A stretch of DNA of 64,000 nt, taken from NCBI RefSeq assembly GCF_963921235.1, contig NC_086098.1:186001-250000 (forward strand), read 5' to 3'. This document shows positions 12,561 to 24,541 of the stretch, one piece after another. Both the position numbers and the translations under genes were made by a program. The notes under the pieces were generated by a model. It saw only the letters and a list, made by a program, of their open reading frames with translations. It was not told where the DNA came from and searched no databases. The stretch comes from Mobula hypostoma (lineage: Eukaryota). Position 1 is the first letter of the stretch. Every line of letters starts with the position of its first letter.

Positions 12561-13021
12561 CCTTCCCTTTTGAAGTTGGTCCCGCCATCTCTGGCTGTTC
12601 GCAATCCATTCTATGCCTCCCTACAGCCATACAATAGTCTCTGATGCTGGGATGACTGTCGCCAAAAGACTTACCTTGAGGGAATGGAAATCACCCTCTC
12701 CCCCTTCTTTTTGGAGATGGATGGCTGACATGATCTCAGTCATACAGATGGAGAGACTTAGGTTCTTGAGAACCATTTCAATTATAAAACTTCCAGCTAT
12801 CTGCGATCCATTTCTTGCCTACCTAGACAAGGCCAGAGGCAGATGAATAATTTTCCCCCAGCTGATTACTCACAGCCCTCATTTGAGACAATGTTTCGCA
12901 CTTTTGAGCACTTTGTACAATAGGCATCCCTCTAATGTTATGTTCCTCTTTTTTTCTTATTTTATTTTTACACCTGTCTGAGCTTATATGTTCTTGTCAA
13001 GAGTCTTACCATTAGACAATT

Positions 13022-13130
13022 TAAGGAGGAGGAAAAGATGGCGGCGCAACGCAGCTTGCGCAGCCACTCTGGTGAATGATATCTGTAATCTGTCAAGTAG
13101 GGTGCTGTGCACAATCCTGATTTGATGGAG
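13022..13130 (+). mobile_element. 5' fragment of the aagatggcgg-headed non-coding element (longer copy at 35934-36619)
   Basis: Shares aagatggcggcgc...gaatgatatctgta...tgtcaagtaggg...cacaatcctgatttgatggag with 35934-36037. Confidence 0.7.
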
Positions 13131-14097
13131 CAATACTCACAACACGCTGGAGGAACTCAGCAGGTCGGGCAGCATCCGTGGAAAATATCAGTCGACGTTT
13201 CGGGCCGGAACCCTTCGTCAGGACTGTAGGGGGAAGGGGCAGAGGCCCTATAAAGAAGGTGGGGGGAGGGTGGGAAGGAGAAGGCTGGCAGGTTCCAGGT
13301 GAAAAACCAGTAAGGGGAAAGATAAAGGGCTGGGGAAAGGGAGGCAGGGAGGTGATAGGCAGGAAAGGTGAAGAAAGAATAGGGGAAAGCACAATGGGTA
13401 GTAGAAGGAGGCGAAACCATAAGGGAGGTGATAGGCAGCTGGGGGAGGGAGCAGAGTGACATAGGGATAGGGGAAGGGAGGGGGAGGGAATTACCAGATG
13501 TTGGAGAATTCTATGTTCATACTAAGGGGCTAGAGACTACCTAGACGGTATATGAGGTGTTGCTCCTCCAACCTGAGTTTAGCCTCATCATGGCAGTAGA
13601 GGAGGCCATGAATGGACATATCTGAATGGGAGTGGGAAGCAGAGTTCAAGTGGGTGGCTACTGGGAGATCCTGTCTGTTTTGGCGGACGGAGCGGAGGTG
13701 CTCGAAGAAGCGGTCCCCCAATCTGTGTTGGGTTTCACCAATGTCGAGGAGGCCGCACCGGGAGCGCCAGATGCAATAGATGACCCCAACAGACTCACAA
13801 GTGAAGTGTTGCCTCACTTGGAAGGACTGTTTGGGGCCTTGAATGGTGGCAAGAGAGGAGGGGTAGGGACAGGTGTAGCACTTGCGCTTACAGGGATAGG
13901 TGTCAGGTGGGAGATCCGTGGGGAGGGACCGATCCCTGCGGAAGGCGGAGAGGGGTGGAGAGGAAAAGATGTGCTTAGTGGTGGAGGCCACCTTCAACAG
14001 GCCCCCACCACGAAGCACATCTTTCTTTCTCCACCCCGCTCCGCCTTCCGCAGGGATCGGTCCCTCCGCGACTCCCTGGTCCACACGTCCCTCCCCC
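13131..14097 (-). mobile_element. PLE 3' fragment (GIY-YIG plus terminal repeat) with a short inverted 5' segment (~13986-14097)
   Basis: ORF 13530-14117 carries TTKHIFSSPPLSAFRRDRSL and GVIYCI..IGET; the same TKHIF..SAFRRDRSL text also occurs on the + strand at ~14010-14090. Confidence 0.9.
13189..13226 (-). ncRNA. Minimal type-I hammerhead ribozyme motif (intact core)
   Basis: cagtc-CTGACGA-a-ggg ttccgg ccc-GAAACGTC/gactg: 5-bp stem I, 3-bp stem II, palindromic ACGU in place of stem III. Confidence 0.8.
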
Positions 14098-14099
14098 AA

Positions 14100-17000
14100 G
14101 AGGGGGAGATGTTGCATTGCTTCTCAGAGATTATATAACAGCAGTGCTCTGGCAGGATATATTAGTGGACTCGTCCAGGGAGGCTATTTGGGTGGAACTG
14201 AGGAATAGGAAAGGTGTTGTGACGCTTATAGGGGTGTGTTATAGACCACCTAATGGCGACCGAGAACTGAAGGAACAAATTTGTAAGGAGATAGAAGATA
14301 TTTGTAGTAAGCACAAGCTTGTGATTATGGGAGATTTTAATTTTCCACACATAGACTAGGAAGCCCATTCTGTAAAAGGGCTGGATGGTTTGGAGTTTGT
14401 CAAATGTGCGCAGGATAGTTTTTTGCAGCAATACATAGAGGTACCAACTAGAGAAGGGACAGTGTTGGATCTCCTGTTAGGGAATGAGAGAGGGCAGGTG
14501 ACGGAGGTATTTGTTGGGGAGCACTTCGGGTCCAGTGATCACAATACAATTAGTTTGTGTAATTATGGAGAAGGATAGGACTGGACCTAGGATTGAGATT
14601 TTTGATTGGAGAAAGGCTAACTTTGAGGAGATGCGAAAGGATTTAGAAGGAGTGGATTGGGACAATTTGTTTTATGGGAAGGATGTAACAGAGAAATGGA
14701 GGTCATTTAAAGGTGAAATTTTGAGGGTTCAGAATCATTATGTTCCTGTTAGGTTGAAAGGAAAGGTTAAAAGTTTGAGAGAGCCATGGTTTTCAAGAGA
14801 TATTATAAACTTGGTTCAGAAAAAGAGAGGGATCTTCAATAAATATGGGCAGCTTGGAGTTAATGAGGTACTTGAGGAATATAAAGAATGTAAAAAGAAT
14901 CTTAAGAAAGAAATTAGAAAAGCTAAAAGAAAATACGAGGCTGCTTTGGCAAGAAAGGTGAAAATAAACCCAAAGGGTTTCTACAGTTATGTTAGTGGCA
15001 AAAGGATAGTGAGGGATAAAATTGGTCCCTTGGAGAATCAGAGTGGACGGCTATGTGCGGAGCCAAAAGAGATAGGGGAGATTTTGAACAATTTCTTTTC
15101 TTCGGTATTCACTAAGGAGAAGGATATTGAATTGTGTAAGGTAAAGGAAACAAGAAGGGTATTTATGGAAAGTATGACAATTAAGGAAGAGGAAGTACTG
15201 GCACTTTGAAGGAATATAAAAGTGTATAAGTCTCCGGGTCCGGACAAGATATTCCGTAGGACCTTGAGGGAAGTTAGTGTAGAAATAGCAGGGGCTCTGA
15301 CAGAAGTATTTCAAATGTCATTAGAAGCGCGTATGGTGCCGGAGGATTGGTGTATTGCTCATGTGGTTCCATTGTTTAAAAAGGGTTCTAAGAGTAAACC
15401 TGGCAATTATCGGCCTGTGAGTTTGACGTCAGCGGTGGGTAAATTGATGGAAAGTATTCTTAGAGATGGTATATATAATTATCTGGATAGACGGGGTCTG
15501 ATTAGGAACAGTCAACATGGATTTGTGTGTGGAAGGTCATGTTTGACAAATCTTATTGAATTTTTTGATGAGGTTACTAAGAAAATTGACACGGGTAAAG
15601 CGGTGGATGTTGTCTATATGGACTTCAGTAAGGCCTTTGACAAGCTTCCACACGGAAGGTTTTTAGGAAGGTTCAATCATTAGGGATTAATATGGAAGTA
15701 GTAAAATGGATTCAGCAGTGGCTAGATGGGAGATGCCAGAGAGTAGTGGTGGATAACTGTGTGTCAGATTGGAGGATGGTGTGTAGCGGTGTGCCTCAGG
15801 GATCTGTACTAGGTCCAATGTTGTTTGTAATATATATTAATGATCTGGATGATGGGGTGGTAAATTGGATGAGTAAGTATGCAGATGATACTAAGATAAG
15901 TGGAGTTATGGATGATGAGGTAGGTTTTCAAAACTTGCAGACAGATTTAGGCCATAGAACCACAGAACCATAGAAACTACAGCACAGAAACAGGCCCTTT
16001 GGCCCTTCTTGGCTGTGCCGAACCACTTTCTGCCTAGTCCCACTGACCTGCACACAGACCATATCCCTCCATACACCTCCCATCCATGTATCTGTCCAAT
16101 TTATTCTTAAATGTTAAAAAAGAACCCGCATTTACCACCTCGTCTGGCAGCCCATTCCATACTCCCACCACTCTCTGTGCGAAGAAGCCCCCCCCAATGT
16201 TCCCTTTAAACCTTTCCCCCCTCACCCTTAACCCATGTCCTCTGGTTTTTTTCTCCCCTGCCTCAGTGGAAAAAGCCTGCTTGCATTCACTCTATCTATA
16301 CCCATCATAATTTTATATACCTCTATCAAATCTCCCCTCATTCTTCTATGCTCTGGGGAATAAAGTCCTAACCTATTCAACCTTTCTCTGTAACTGAGTT
16401 TCTCAAGTCCCGGCAACATCCTTGTAAACCTTCTCTGCACTCTTTCAACCTTATTTATATCCTTCCTGTAATTTGGTGACCAAAACTGAACACAATACTC
16501 CAGATTTGGCCTCACCAATGCCTTATGCAACCACATCATAACATTCCAGCTCTTATACTCAATACTTCGATTAATAAAGGCCAATGTACCAAAAGCTCTT
16601 TTTACGACCCTATCTACCTGTGACGCCACTTTTAGGGAATTTTGTATCTGTATTCCCAGATCCCTCTGTTCCACTGCACTCCTCAGTGCCTTACCATTAA
16701 CCCTGTATGTTCTACGTTGGTTTGTCCTTCCAACGTGCAATACCTCACACTTGTCAGTATTAAACTCCATCTGCCATTTTTCAGCCCATTTTTCCAGATG
16801 GTCCAAGTCTCTCTGCAGGCTCTGAAAATCTTCCTCACTGTCTACTACACCTCAAATCTTTGTATCATCAGCAAACTTGCTGATCCAATTTACCACATTA
16901 TCATCCAGATCATTGATATAGATGACAAATAACAATGGACCCAGCACTGATCCCTGTGGCACACCACTAGTCACAGGCCTCCACTCAGAGAAGCAATTCT

Positions 17001-19165
17001 CTACCACCACTCTCTGGCTTCTTCCATCGAGCCAATGTCTAATCCAATTTACCACCTCTCCATGTATACCTAGCGACTGAATTTTCCTAACTAACCTCCC
17101 ATGCGGGACCTTGTCAAAGGCCTTACTGAAGTCCATGTAGACAATATCCACTGCCTTCCCTTCATCCACTTTCCTGGTAACCTCCTCGAAAAACTCCAAC
17201 AGATTGGTCAAACATGACCTACCACGCACAAAGCCATGTTGACTCTCCCTAGTAAGCCCCTGTCTATCCAAATGCTTGTAGATTCTGTCTCTTAGTACTC
17301 CCTCCAATAACTTACCTACTACTGACGTTAAATTCACCGGCCTATAATTTCCCGGATTACTTTTCGATCCTTTTTTAAACAACGGAACAACATGAGCCAC
17401 TCTCCAATCCTCTGGCACTTCACCCGTAGACAGCGACATTTTAAATATTTCTGCCAGGGCCCCCGCAATTTCTACACTAGTCTCCTTCAAGGTCCGAGGG
17501 AACACACTGTCAGGTCCCGGGGATTTATCCACTTTAATTTTCCTCAAGACAGCAAGCACCTCCTCTTTTTCAATCTGTACAGTTTCCATGGTCTCACTAC
17601 TTGATTCCCTCAATTCCATAGATTTCATGCCAGCTTCCTTAGTAAATACAGACGCAAAAAACCTATTTAAGATCTCCCCCCATTTCCTTTGTTTCTGCAC
17701 AAAGCCGACCACTCTGATCTTCAAGAGGACCAATTTTATCCCTTACAATCCTTTTGCTCTTAATATACTTGTAAAAGCTCTTTGGATTATCCTTCACTTT
17801 GACTGTCAAGGCAACCTCATGTCTTCTTTTAGCCCTCCTGATTTCTTTCTTAAGTATTTTCTTGCACTTCTTATACTCCTCAAGCACCTGATTTACCCCC
17901 TGTTTCCTATACATTTCATACAACTCCCTCTTCTTCTTTATCAGAGTTGCAATATCCCTTGAGAACCAAGGTTCCTTATTCCTATTCAATTTGCCTTTAA
18001 TCCTGACAGGAACATACCAACTCTGCACTGTCAAAATTTCCCCTTTGAAGGTTTCCCACCTACCAATCACATCTTTGCCAGAGAACAACCTGTCCCAATC
18101 CACGCTTTTTAGATCCTTTCTCATTTCTTCAAATTTGGCCTTCTTCCAGTTCAGAACCTCAACCCTAGGACCAGATCTATCCTTGTCCATGATCAAATTG
18201 AAACTAATGGTGTTATGATCACTGGAACCAAAGTGCTCCCCTACACAGACTTCTGTCACTTGCCCTAACTCGTTTCCTAACAGGAGATCCAATATTGCAT
18301 CCCCTCTAGTTGGTCCCTCTATATATTGATTAGAAGAGTTAGAAGAGTGGGCTGCAAGATGGCAGATAGAGTTTAATGCTGAAAAATGTGAGGTGCTACA
18401 TTTTGGTAGGACTAATCAAAATACGACACACATGGTAAATGGTAGGGCATTAAAGAATGCTGTAGAAGAGAGGAATCTAGGAATAATGGTGCATAGTTCT
18501 CTGAAGATGGAATCTCATGTGGATAGTGTGCTGAAGAAAGGTTTTGGTTTGCTGGCCTTTATTAATCAGAGCATAGAGTATAGGAGTTGGGATGTAATGT
18601 TGAATTTGTATAAGGCCAAATCTGGAGTATTGTGTACAGTTCTGGTCACTGAATTATAGGAAAGATGTCAATAAAATTGAGAGAGTACAGAGGAGGCTTT
18701 CTAAAATGTTGCCTGGGTTTCATCTCCTAAGTTACAGAGAAAGGTTGAACAAGTTAGGTCTTTATTCTTTGGAGCATAGAAGGTTGAGGGGAGACTTGAT
18801 AGAGGTGTTTAAAATTATGAGGGGGATTGATAGAGTTGACGTAGTTAGACTTCTTCCATTGAGAGTGGGGAAGATTCAAACAAGAGGACATGGGTTGAGA
18901 GTTAGAGGACAAAAGTTTAGGGGTAACATGAAGGGGAACTTCTTTACTCTGAGAGTGGTAGCTGTATGGAATGAGCTTCCAGCAGAAGTGGTTGAGGCAG
19001 GTTCTATGTTTCGTTTAAAGTTAAATTGGATAGATATATGGACAGGAAAAGAAAGGAGGGTTATGAGCTGAGTGCAGGTTGGTGGTACTAGGTGAGAGTA
19101 AGAGTTCAGCACCGACTAGAAGGGCTGAGATGGCCTGTTTCCGTGCTGTAATTGTTATACGGTTA
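14100..19165 (+). mobile_element. CR1 LINE ORF2 (APE plus RT) pseudogene, split by an antisense CR1
   Basis: [49 protein letters not shown] up to ~15953; resumes at ~18331 (LEEWAARWQ) and runs to a 3' tail near 19165. Confidence 0.9.
15954..18330 (-). mobile_element. 5'-truncated CR1 LINE nested antisense in another CR1
   Basis: ORFs 17663-18292, 16852-17733 and 16228-16806 carry RT motifs through FADDTK; tail repeats at ~15954-15975. Confidence 0.93.
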
Positions 19166-19448
19166 TATGGTCATCTCCTCTGTACCTACTACCAAGCATC
19201 TTAAAACTGTGCCCTTTTGTGCTACCAGTCCAACCCTGGGGTAAAAGCCTCTGACTATCCACATGATCAATGCCGAGTTCACTCAACCTATTCTCATAAG
19301 GCATGCTCCCCAATCCAGGAAACATCCTTGTAAATCTCCTCTGCACTCTTTCTATAGTTTCCAAATCCTTTCTGTAGTGAAGTGACCAGAGCTGTACACA
19401 GTACTGCAAGTGGGGTCTGACCAGGGTCCTATATAGCTGCAACATTAC

Positions 19449-21083
19449 ATAGAACATAGAACATAGAATAGTACAGCTCAGTACAGGCCCTTTGGCCCAC
19501 AATGTTGTGCCGACCCTCAAACCCTACCTCCCATATAAGCCCCCAACTTAAATTTCTCCATATACCTGTCCAGTGTTCTCTTTAACTTCACTAGTATATC
19601 TCCCTCCACCACTGACTCAAGCAGTGCATTCCACGCACCAACCACTCTCTGAGTAAAAAACCTTCCTCTAATATTCCCCTTGAACTTTCCACCCCTTACC
19701 TTAAAGCCATGTCTTCTTGTATTGAGCAGTGGTGCCCTGGGGAAGAGGCGCTGGCTATCCACTCTATCTATTCCTCTTATTATCTTGTACACCTCTATCA
19801 TGTCTCCTGTCATCCTCCTTCTCTCCAAAGAGTGAAGCCCTAGCTCCCTTAATCTCTGATCATAATCCATACTCTCTAAACCAGGCAGCATCCTGGTAAA
19901 TCTCCTCTGTACCCTCTCCAATCCACATCCTTCCTATAGTGAGGCGACTAGAACTGGACACAGTACTCCAAGTGTGGCCTGTGACAAGAATACACATAGG
20001 TAAGATGTTAGCTGTCCTGTGTGATCAGCAGTTGGTCTGCCACCTGTCTTCAAGAGAGAGATAAGGAACACAATGAAACAGCATCTGGAGATGTGTAATG
20101 AAGGGACGGGAGAGAGAGCTGTCTGGAGCGGCTCCCCCTTTGAACCCTGAACTGTTTGAAGTGATGGACAGGTGATACCCCAGCAGAGGGATAAAAAGGG
20201 ACAGGTTCGCTAAGGCAGGACACACACGAGACCCGAGAAGCGGAGACCCTGGAAGCGGTGCGCCTCTCACGAGTCGGTGGGAAGTATCGGACCATAAACA
20301 CACAGGGTGGAAAGGTACGATCAGCGGGAACCCGGTGTGTGTCCACCCTCGCTTGGGTGCCGGGTTCACTGCAGAGGATCGACCGCATCTAGAGGAGGGG
20401 TCACAGTCGGTGACCTCAGGTGACATCACCAAGGACCTGCCCGAAAGCTGCTTGTGAGCAATATCGCCGGTCTGTGAGTGGAAGCCGTTTCTGAATGATC
20501 AGCCATTCTCGCCCTCTCTCTCTCTCTCTCCCTCTCCCCACGTTGTCCATCGCCATGGCAACGATTACTGCGAACTGAACTAAATTGGACTGAACTTTTG
20601 TGTCACTTTGAAATTTGGTCATTTACCCCTAGACAACGATAGAGCTTGATTGATGCTGTTATCTTAATTCTGTGCACATGTGTGTTTATCATTGCTGAAC
20701 TGTTGCATTTATTATCCTTTCGATTACTGTGTTGCTTGTTTCTTTAATAAAACTTTCTTAGTCCTAGTAATCCAGACTCCAACTGAGTGATCCATTTCTG
20801 CTGGTTTGGCAACCCAGTTACGGGGTACGTAACAGGCCTAACCAGGGCTTTCTAGAGCTGCATCATTACATCGCAACTCTTAAACTCTATCCCTCGTCTT
20901 ATGAAAGCTTTCTTAACTACTCTATTCACCTGTGAGGCAACTTTCAGGGATCTGTGGACATGTACCCCCAGATCCCTCTGCTCCTCCACACCACCAAGTA
21001 TCCTGCCATTTACTTTGTACTCTGCCTTGGAGTTTGTCCTTCCAAAGTGTACCACCTCACACTTCTCCGGGTTGAACTCCATC
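19449..21083 (-). mobile_element. CR1 3' portion hosting a solo LTR
   Basis: ORFs 19517-19921 and 20852-21298; CR1 text agtgtggcc|taaccagg is rejoined across the LTR. Confidence 0.85.
19980..20834 (+). repeat. Solo LTR related to the LTRs of 54976-59851
   Basis: TG...CA ends (tgtgac...gtaaca), 4-bp TSD GGCC (19976-19979 / 20835-20838), and colinear similarity to 54976-55836. Confidence 0.95.
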
Positions 21084-21408
21084 TCCATCTCCATGACCTC
21101 TCGGCTCCTAAACTCAATCCCAGGATTGATGAAAGCCAATGCACCGTATGCTCTGTTAACCACAGAGTCAACCTGCGCAGCACCTTTGAGTGTCCTGTGG
21201 ACTCTGACCCCAAGATCCCTCTGATCCTCCACACTGCCAAAAGTCTTACCATTAATACTATATTCTGCCATCATATTTGACCTACCAGAATTAACCACTT
21301 CACACTTATCTGGGTTGTACTGCTGTAACCTCTGACACAGCCCTCCACACTATCCACAACACCACCAACCTTAGTGTCATTAGCAAATTTACAAACCCAT
21401 CCCTCCAC

Positions 21409-24400
21409 GGCGCCGCGGATGGCTGCCACGGTACTGCGCTCTCTGGTACTGTTGCTGTTTTTTTCTGATTTTCCCTGTCTCCTGCGATTCCTCTCTGATT
21501 GCATACAGCAGAGAGGAACTTGTTAAGATTAGTGAATCTGCCACCAACTGTTCTCCACCATTTATGGATAGTTTTACCGAGGTTTTGGTCCGAGGTGCTG
21601 CAGTAGCTCTGACTGGTCTGTGTGTGAGACGCCATGGCGGGAAGCGAGCCGGCGCATTTGTTAAACTGAGTCGGCGGGGATTTCGATTTGCGCTCCCGTC
21701 GATTCACCTGGCAAATGTCCGTTCTCTTCTCAACAAGATGGATGAACTGCTGCTACTCAATAAAACTCGTGGTGACTTTTCCAGATCCGCCGCTTTGTGC
21801 TTTACTGAAACTTGTCTGGGTGAGTACATCCCGGACAACTCACTGCAACTTCCGGGATTCCAACTCTTCTGAGCGGACAGAGATGCGGGATTCTCGGGGA
21901 AAGGGAGAGGAGGCGGAATCTGTTTCTATATAAACGAAGGTTGGTGCACGGAGGTCACGGTGTTAGGAAAATCATGCAGTCCACATCTAGAGACAATTCT
22001 TATAAACTGTAGACCGCTTTATTCAGCGCGGGAGTTCTCCTCATTTATTCTGGTTGGCATCTACATTCCACCTCAGGCCTGCGTCAGAGAGGCACTACAA
22101 CACCTGGCTGACCGGATAACTGAAGTGGAGAACAAACATCCAGACTCCTTGCTCGTTGTTCTTGGTGATTTTAACAGAGCAAACCTTGGCCACGAATTGT
22201 CAAAATTTAGACAACATATTAATTGTCCCACTAGGAACACTAACGTACTGGACCACAGCTACACGACAATAAAGGATGCATATCACTCTGTTACACGGGC
22301 AGCCTTGGGACTCTCCGACCACTGCCTGGTTCATCTTCTCCCAACATACTGGCAGAAACTAAGATCGGTTAAGCCTGTTGTCAGAACAGTCAGGAGATTT
22401 ACCAACGAGTCAAAGCTAGAACTTCAGGCCTGTTTTGACTGCATGGATTGGAGTGTCTTTGAGGCTGCAGCTACAGATCTTCAGATCTGTCTGACATCGT
22501 GACCTCATACATCAGTTTTTGTGAAGACATGTGCATTCCAACAAAAACCTTTTGCACATTCAACAACAACAAGCCCTGGTTCACATCAGAACTCAGGCAG
22601 CTTCGTCGGGAGAAGGAGGAGGCGTACAGAAGAGGGGACAGGATTCTGTACAAATGAGCCAGGAACACACTGACAAGGGAGATTAAGGCAGCGAAGAAAC
22701 GCTACATTGGAAAACTGCAAAACAGGTTTTCAGACAACGACCCAGTGTCAGTGTGGAAGGGGCTCCAAGAGAAAACCAACTACAAGAAATCATTCCCCCA
22801 GGCTGTGGAGAACCATCGACTGGCTGACAATCTGAACAAGTTTTATTGTAGATTCGACACCTTCATTCCCCCTAGCCAAAACACAGACCTACCTGCAACC
22901 CCCATCAACCATCACCCTGACATCTCAGTATCTGCTTTCTCACCCCACATTACAAAAACTGCTTCCCCTACCCCCTTCACTTCAACCCTCTTGTACCTGC
23001 ACTCAGGATCTGTGAGAGGGAGGTGAGTCAGCAGTTCCAGAGGCAGAAGACCAGGAAAGCGCCAGGCCCAGATGGCGTGTCACACTCCTGCCTGAAGACC
23101 TGCGCTGATCAGCTGGCCCCCATCTACACACGGATCTTCAACAGATCACTGGAGCTGTGTGAAGTCCCTCATTGATTCAAGCGCTCCATTATCATTCCAG
23201 TCCCTAAGAAACCCACTATCAAGGGACTAAATGACTACAGGCCTGGTGCCTTGACATCTGTGGTCATGAAGTCCTTTGAGAGACTAGTGTTGGCTCACCT
23301 GAAGGACATCACAGGCCCCCTGCTGGACCCCCTGCAGTTTGCTTATCGGGCAAATAGGTCGGTGGATGATGAAGTCAACATGGGACTGCATTACATACTA
23401 CAACACCTCGACAGCCCAGGAACTTCTGCGAGGGTCCTGTTTGTTGACTTCAGCTCGGCGTTCAACACCATCGTCCCAGAAATCCTCCACTCCAAACTCA
23501 CCCAGCTCACTGTCTCCCCCGCCATCTGTCAGTGGATCACAAGCTTCCTGACTGACAGGGTGCAGCAAGTGAGGCTGGGGAGCATCATTTCTAGCACCCG
23601 GACAATCAGTATCAGTGCCCCCCAGGGATGTGTGCTCTCCCCACCGCTCTTCTCCCTTTACACTAATGACTGCACCTCACAGGATCCATCTGTTAAACTC
23701 CTGAAGTTTGCAGATGACACAACTGTCAATGGCCTTATCCAAGACGGTGATGAGTCTACATACAGACGGGTGGTGGAACGGCTGGCCCTCTGGTGTGGTC
23801 AGAACAATCTGGAGCTAAATATGCTCAAGACTGTGGAGATGACAGTGGATTTCAGGAGGAGCCCCCCAATACTCCCCCCACTCACTATACTCAACAGTAT
23901 TGTGTCTGCTGTGGAGACCTTCCAGGACCTGAGGTGGACGCCCAACGCGGACACTCTTATCAAAAAGGCTCAGCAGAGGTTGTATTTCCTACGGCAACTC
24001 AGGAAGTACAACCTGCCTCGGGAGCTGCTGATTCAATTCTATTCAGGAATAATCCAGTCTGTTCTCTGTTCGTCCATCACTGTCTGGTTTGGATCAGCTA
24101 CCAAACAAGACAAGAATAGACTCCAAAGAACCATCAGGGCTGCGGAAAGGATTATTGGTGTGAAGCTGCCCTTGATCCAGGACTTATATGCATCTAGAGC
24201 CAGGAAGCGAGCAAGCAGCATCATTATAGACCCATCACACCCTGGACATCACCTGTTCCAACTCCTTTCTTTTGGTAGGCACTTTAGATCACTGTATGCC
24301 AGGACGAATAGGTACTTGAACAGTTTCTTTCTGTGTGCCATCTTATGAAAACTTGAATTTTAGTCTATTATAAACCAAGTCCACCTGTACATACACAGGT

Positions 24401-24541
24401 ATACCTCATTGTATATAGTTCACAATTATTTGCACAATTGTTTTGTTTGCTTTTTGATTCTGTACAGCAAGAGCTCAGAGAAACCGACATCAAATTCCCT
24501 GTATGTGTCCACATACTTGGCGATAATAAAGGATTCTGATT
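21409..24541 (+). mobile_element. Near full-length Rex1/Babar LINE (APE plus RT) pseudogene, inside a CR1
   Basis: LANVRSLLNKMDEL, LCFTET, LGDFN, SDHCLV; LTSVVMKSFERLV, LDPLQFAYR, VDFSSAFNTI, PQGCVLSP, KFADDT; tail aataaaggattctgatt. Possible 3-bp TSD cac. Confidence 0.9.

Larger units (their letters stand above)
8430..12846 (+). pseudogene. L1 ORF2p (APE endonuclease, RT, CCHC), multiple stops and frameshifts
   Basis: VSWNVRGL, FLQETH, GDLN, SDH; YRPV.LQN.D.K, HPDQTGF, KAFDQIEW, QGCP.S..LF, SYADD; CDRC...H..WFC. Confidence 0.92.
3637..13010 (+). mobile_element. Near full-length degraded L1-clade LINE (fish-type), interrupted by three PLE insertions
   Basis: G-rich 5' start, L1-type ORF1, ~500-bp spacer, then ORF2 with APE, RT and a C-terminal CCHC motif. 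No poly(A) visible, so the 3' end is approximate. Confidence 0.9.
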
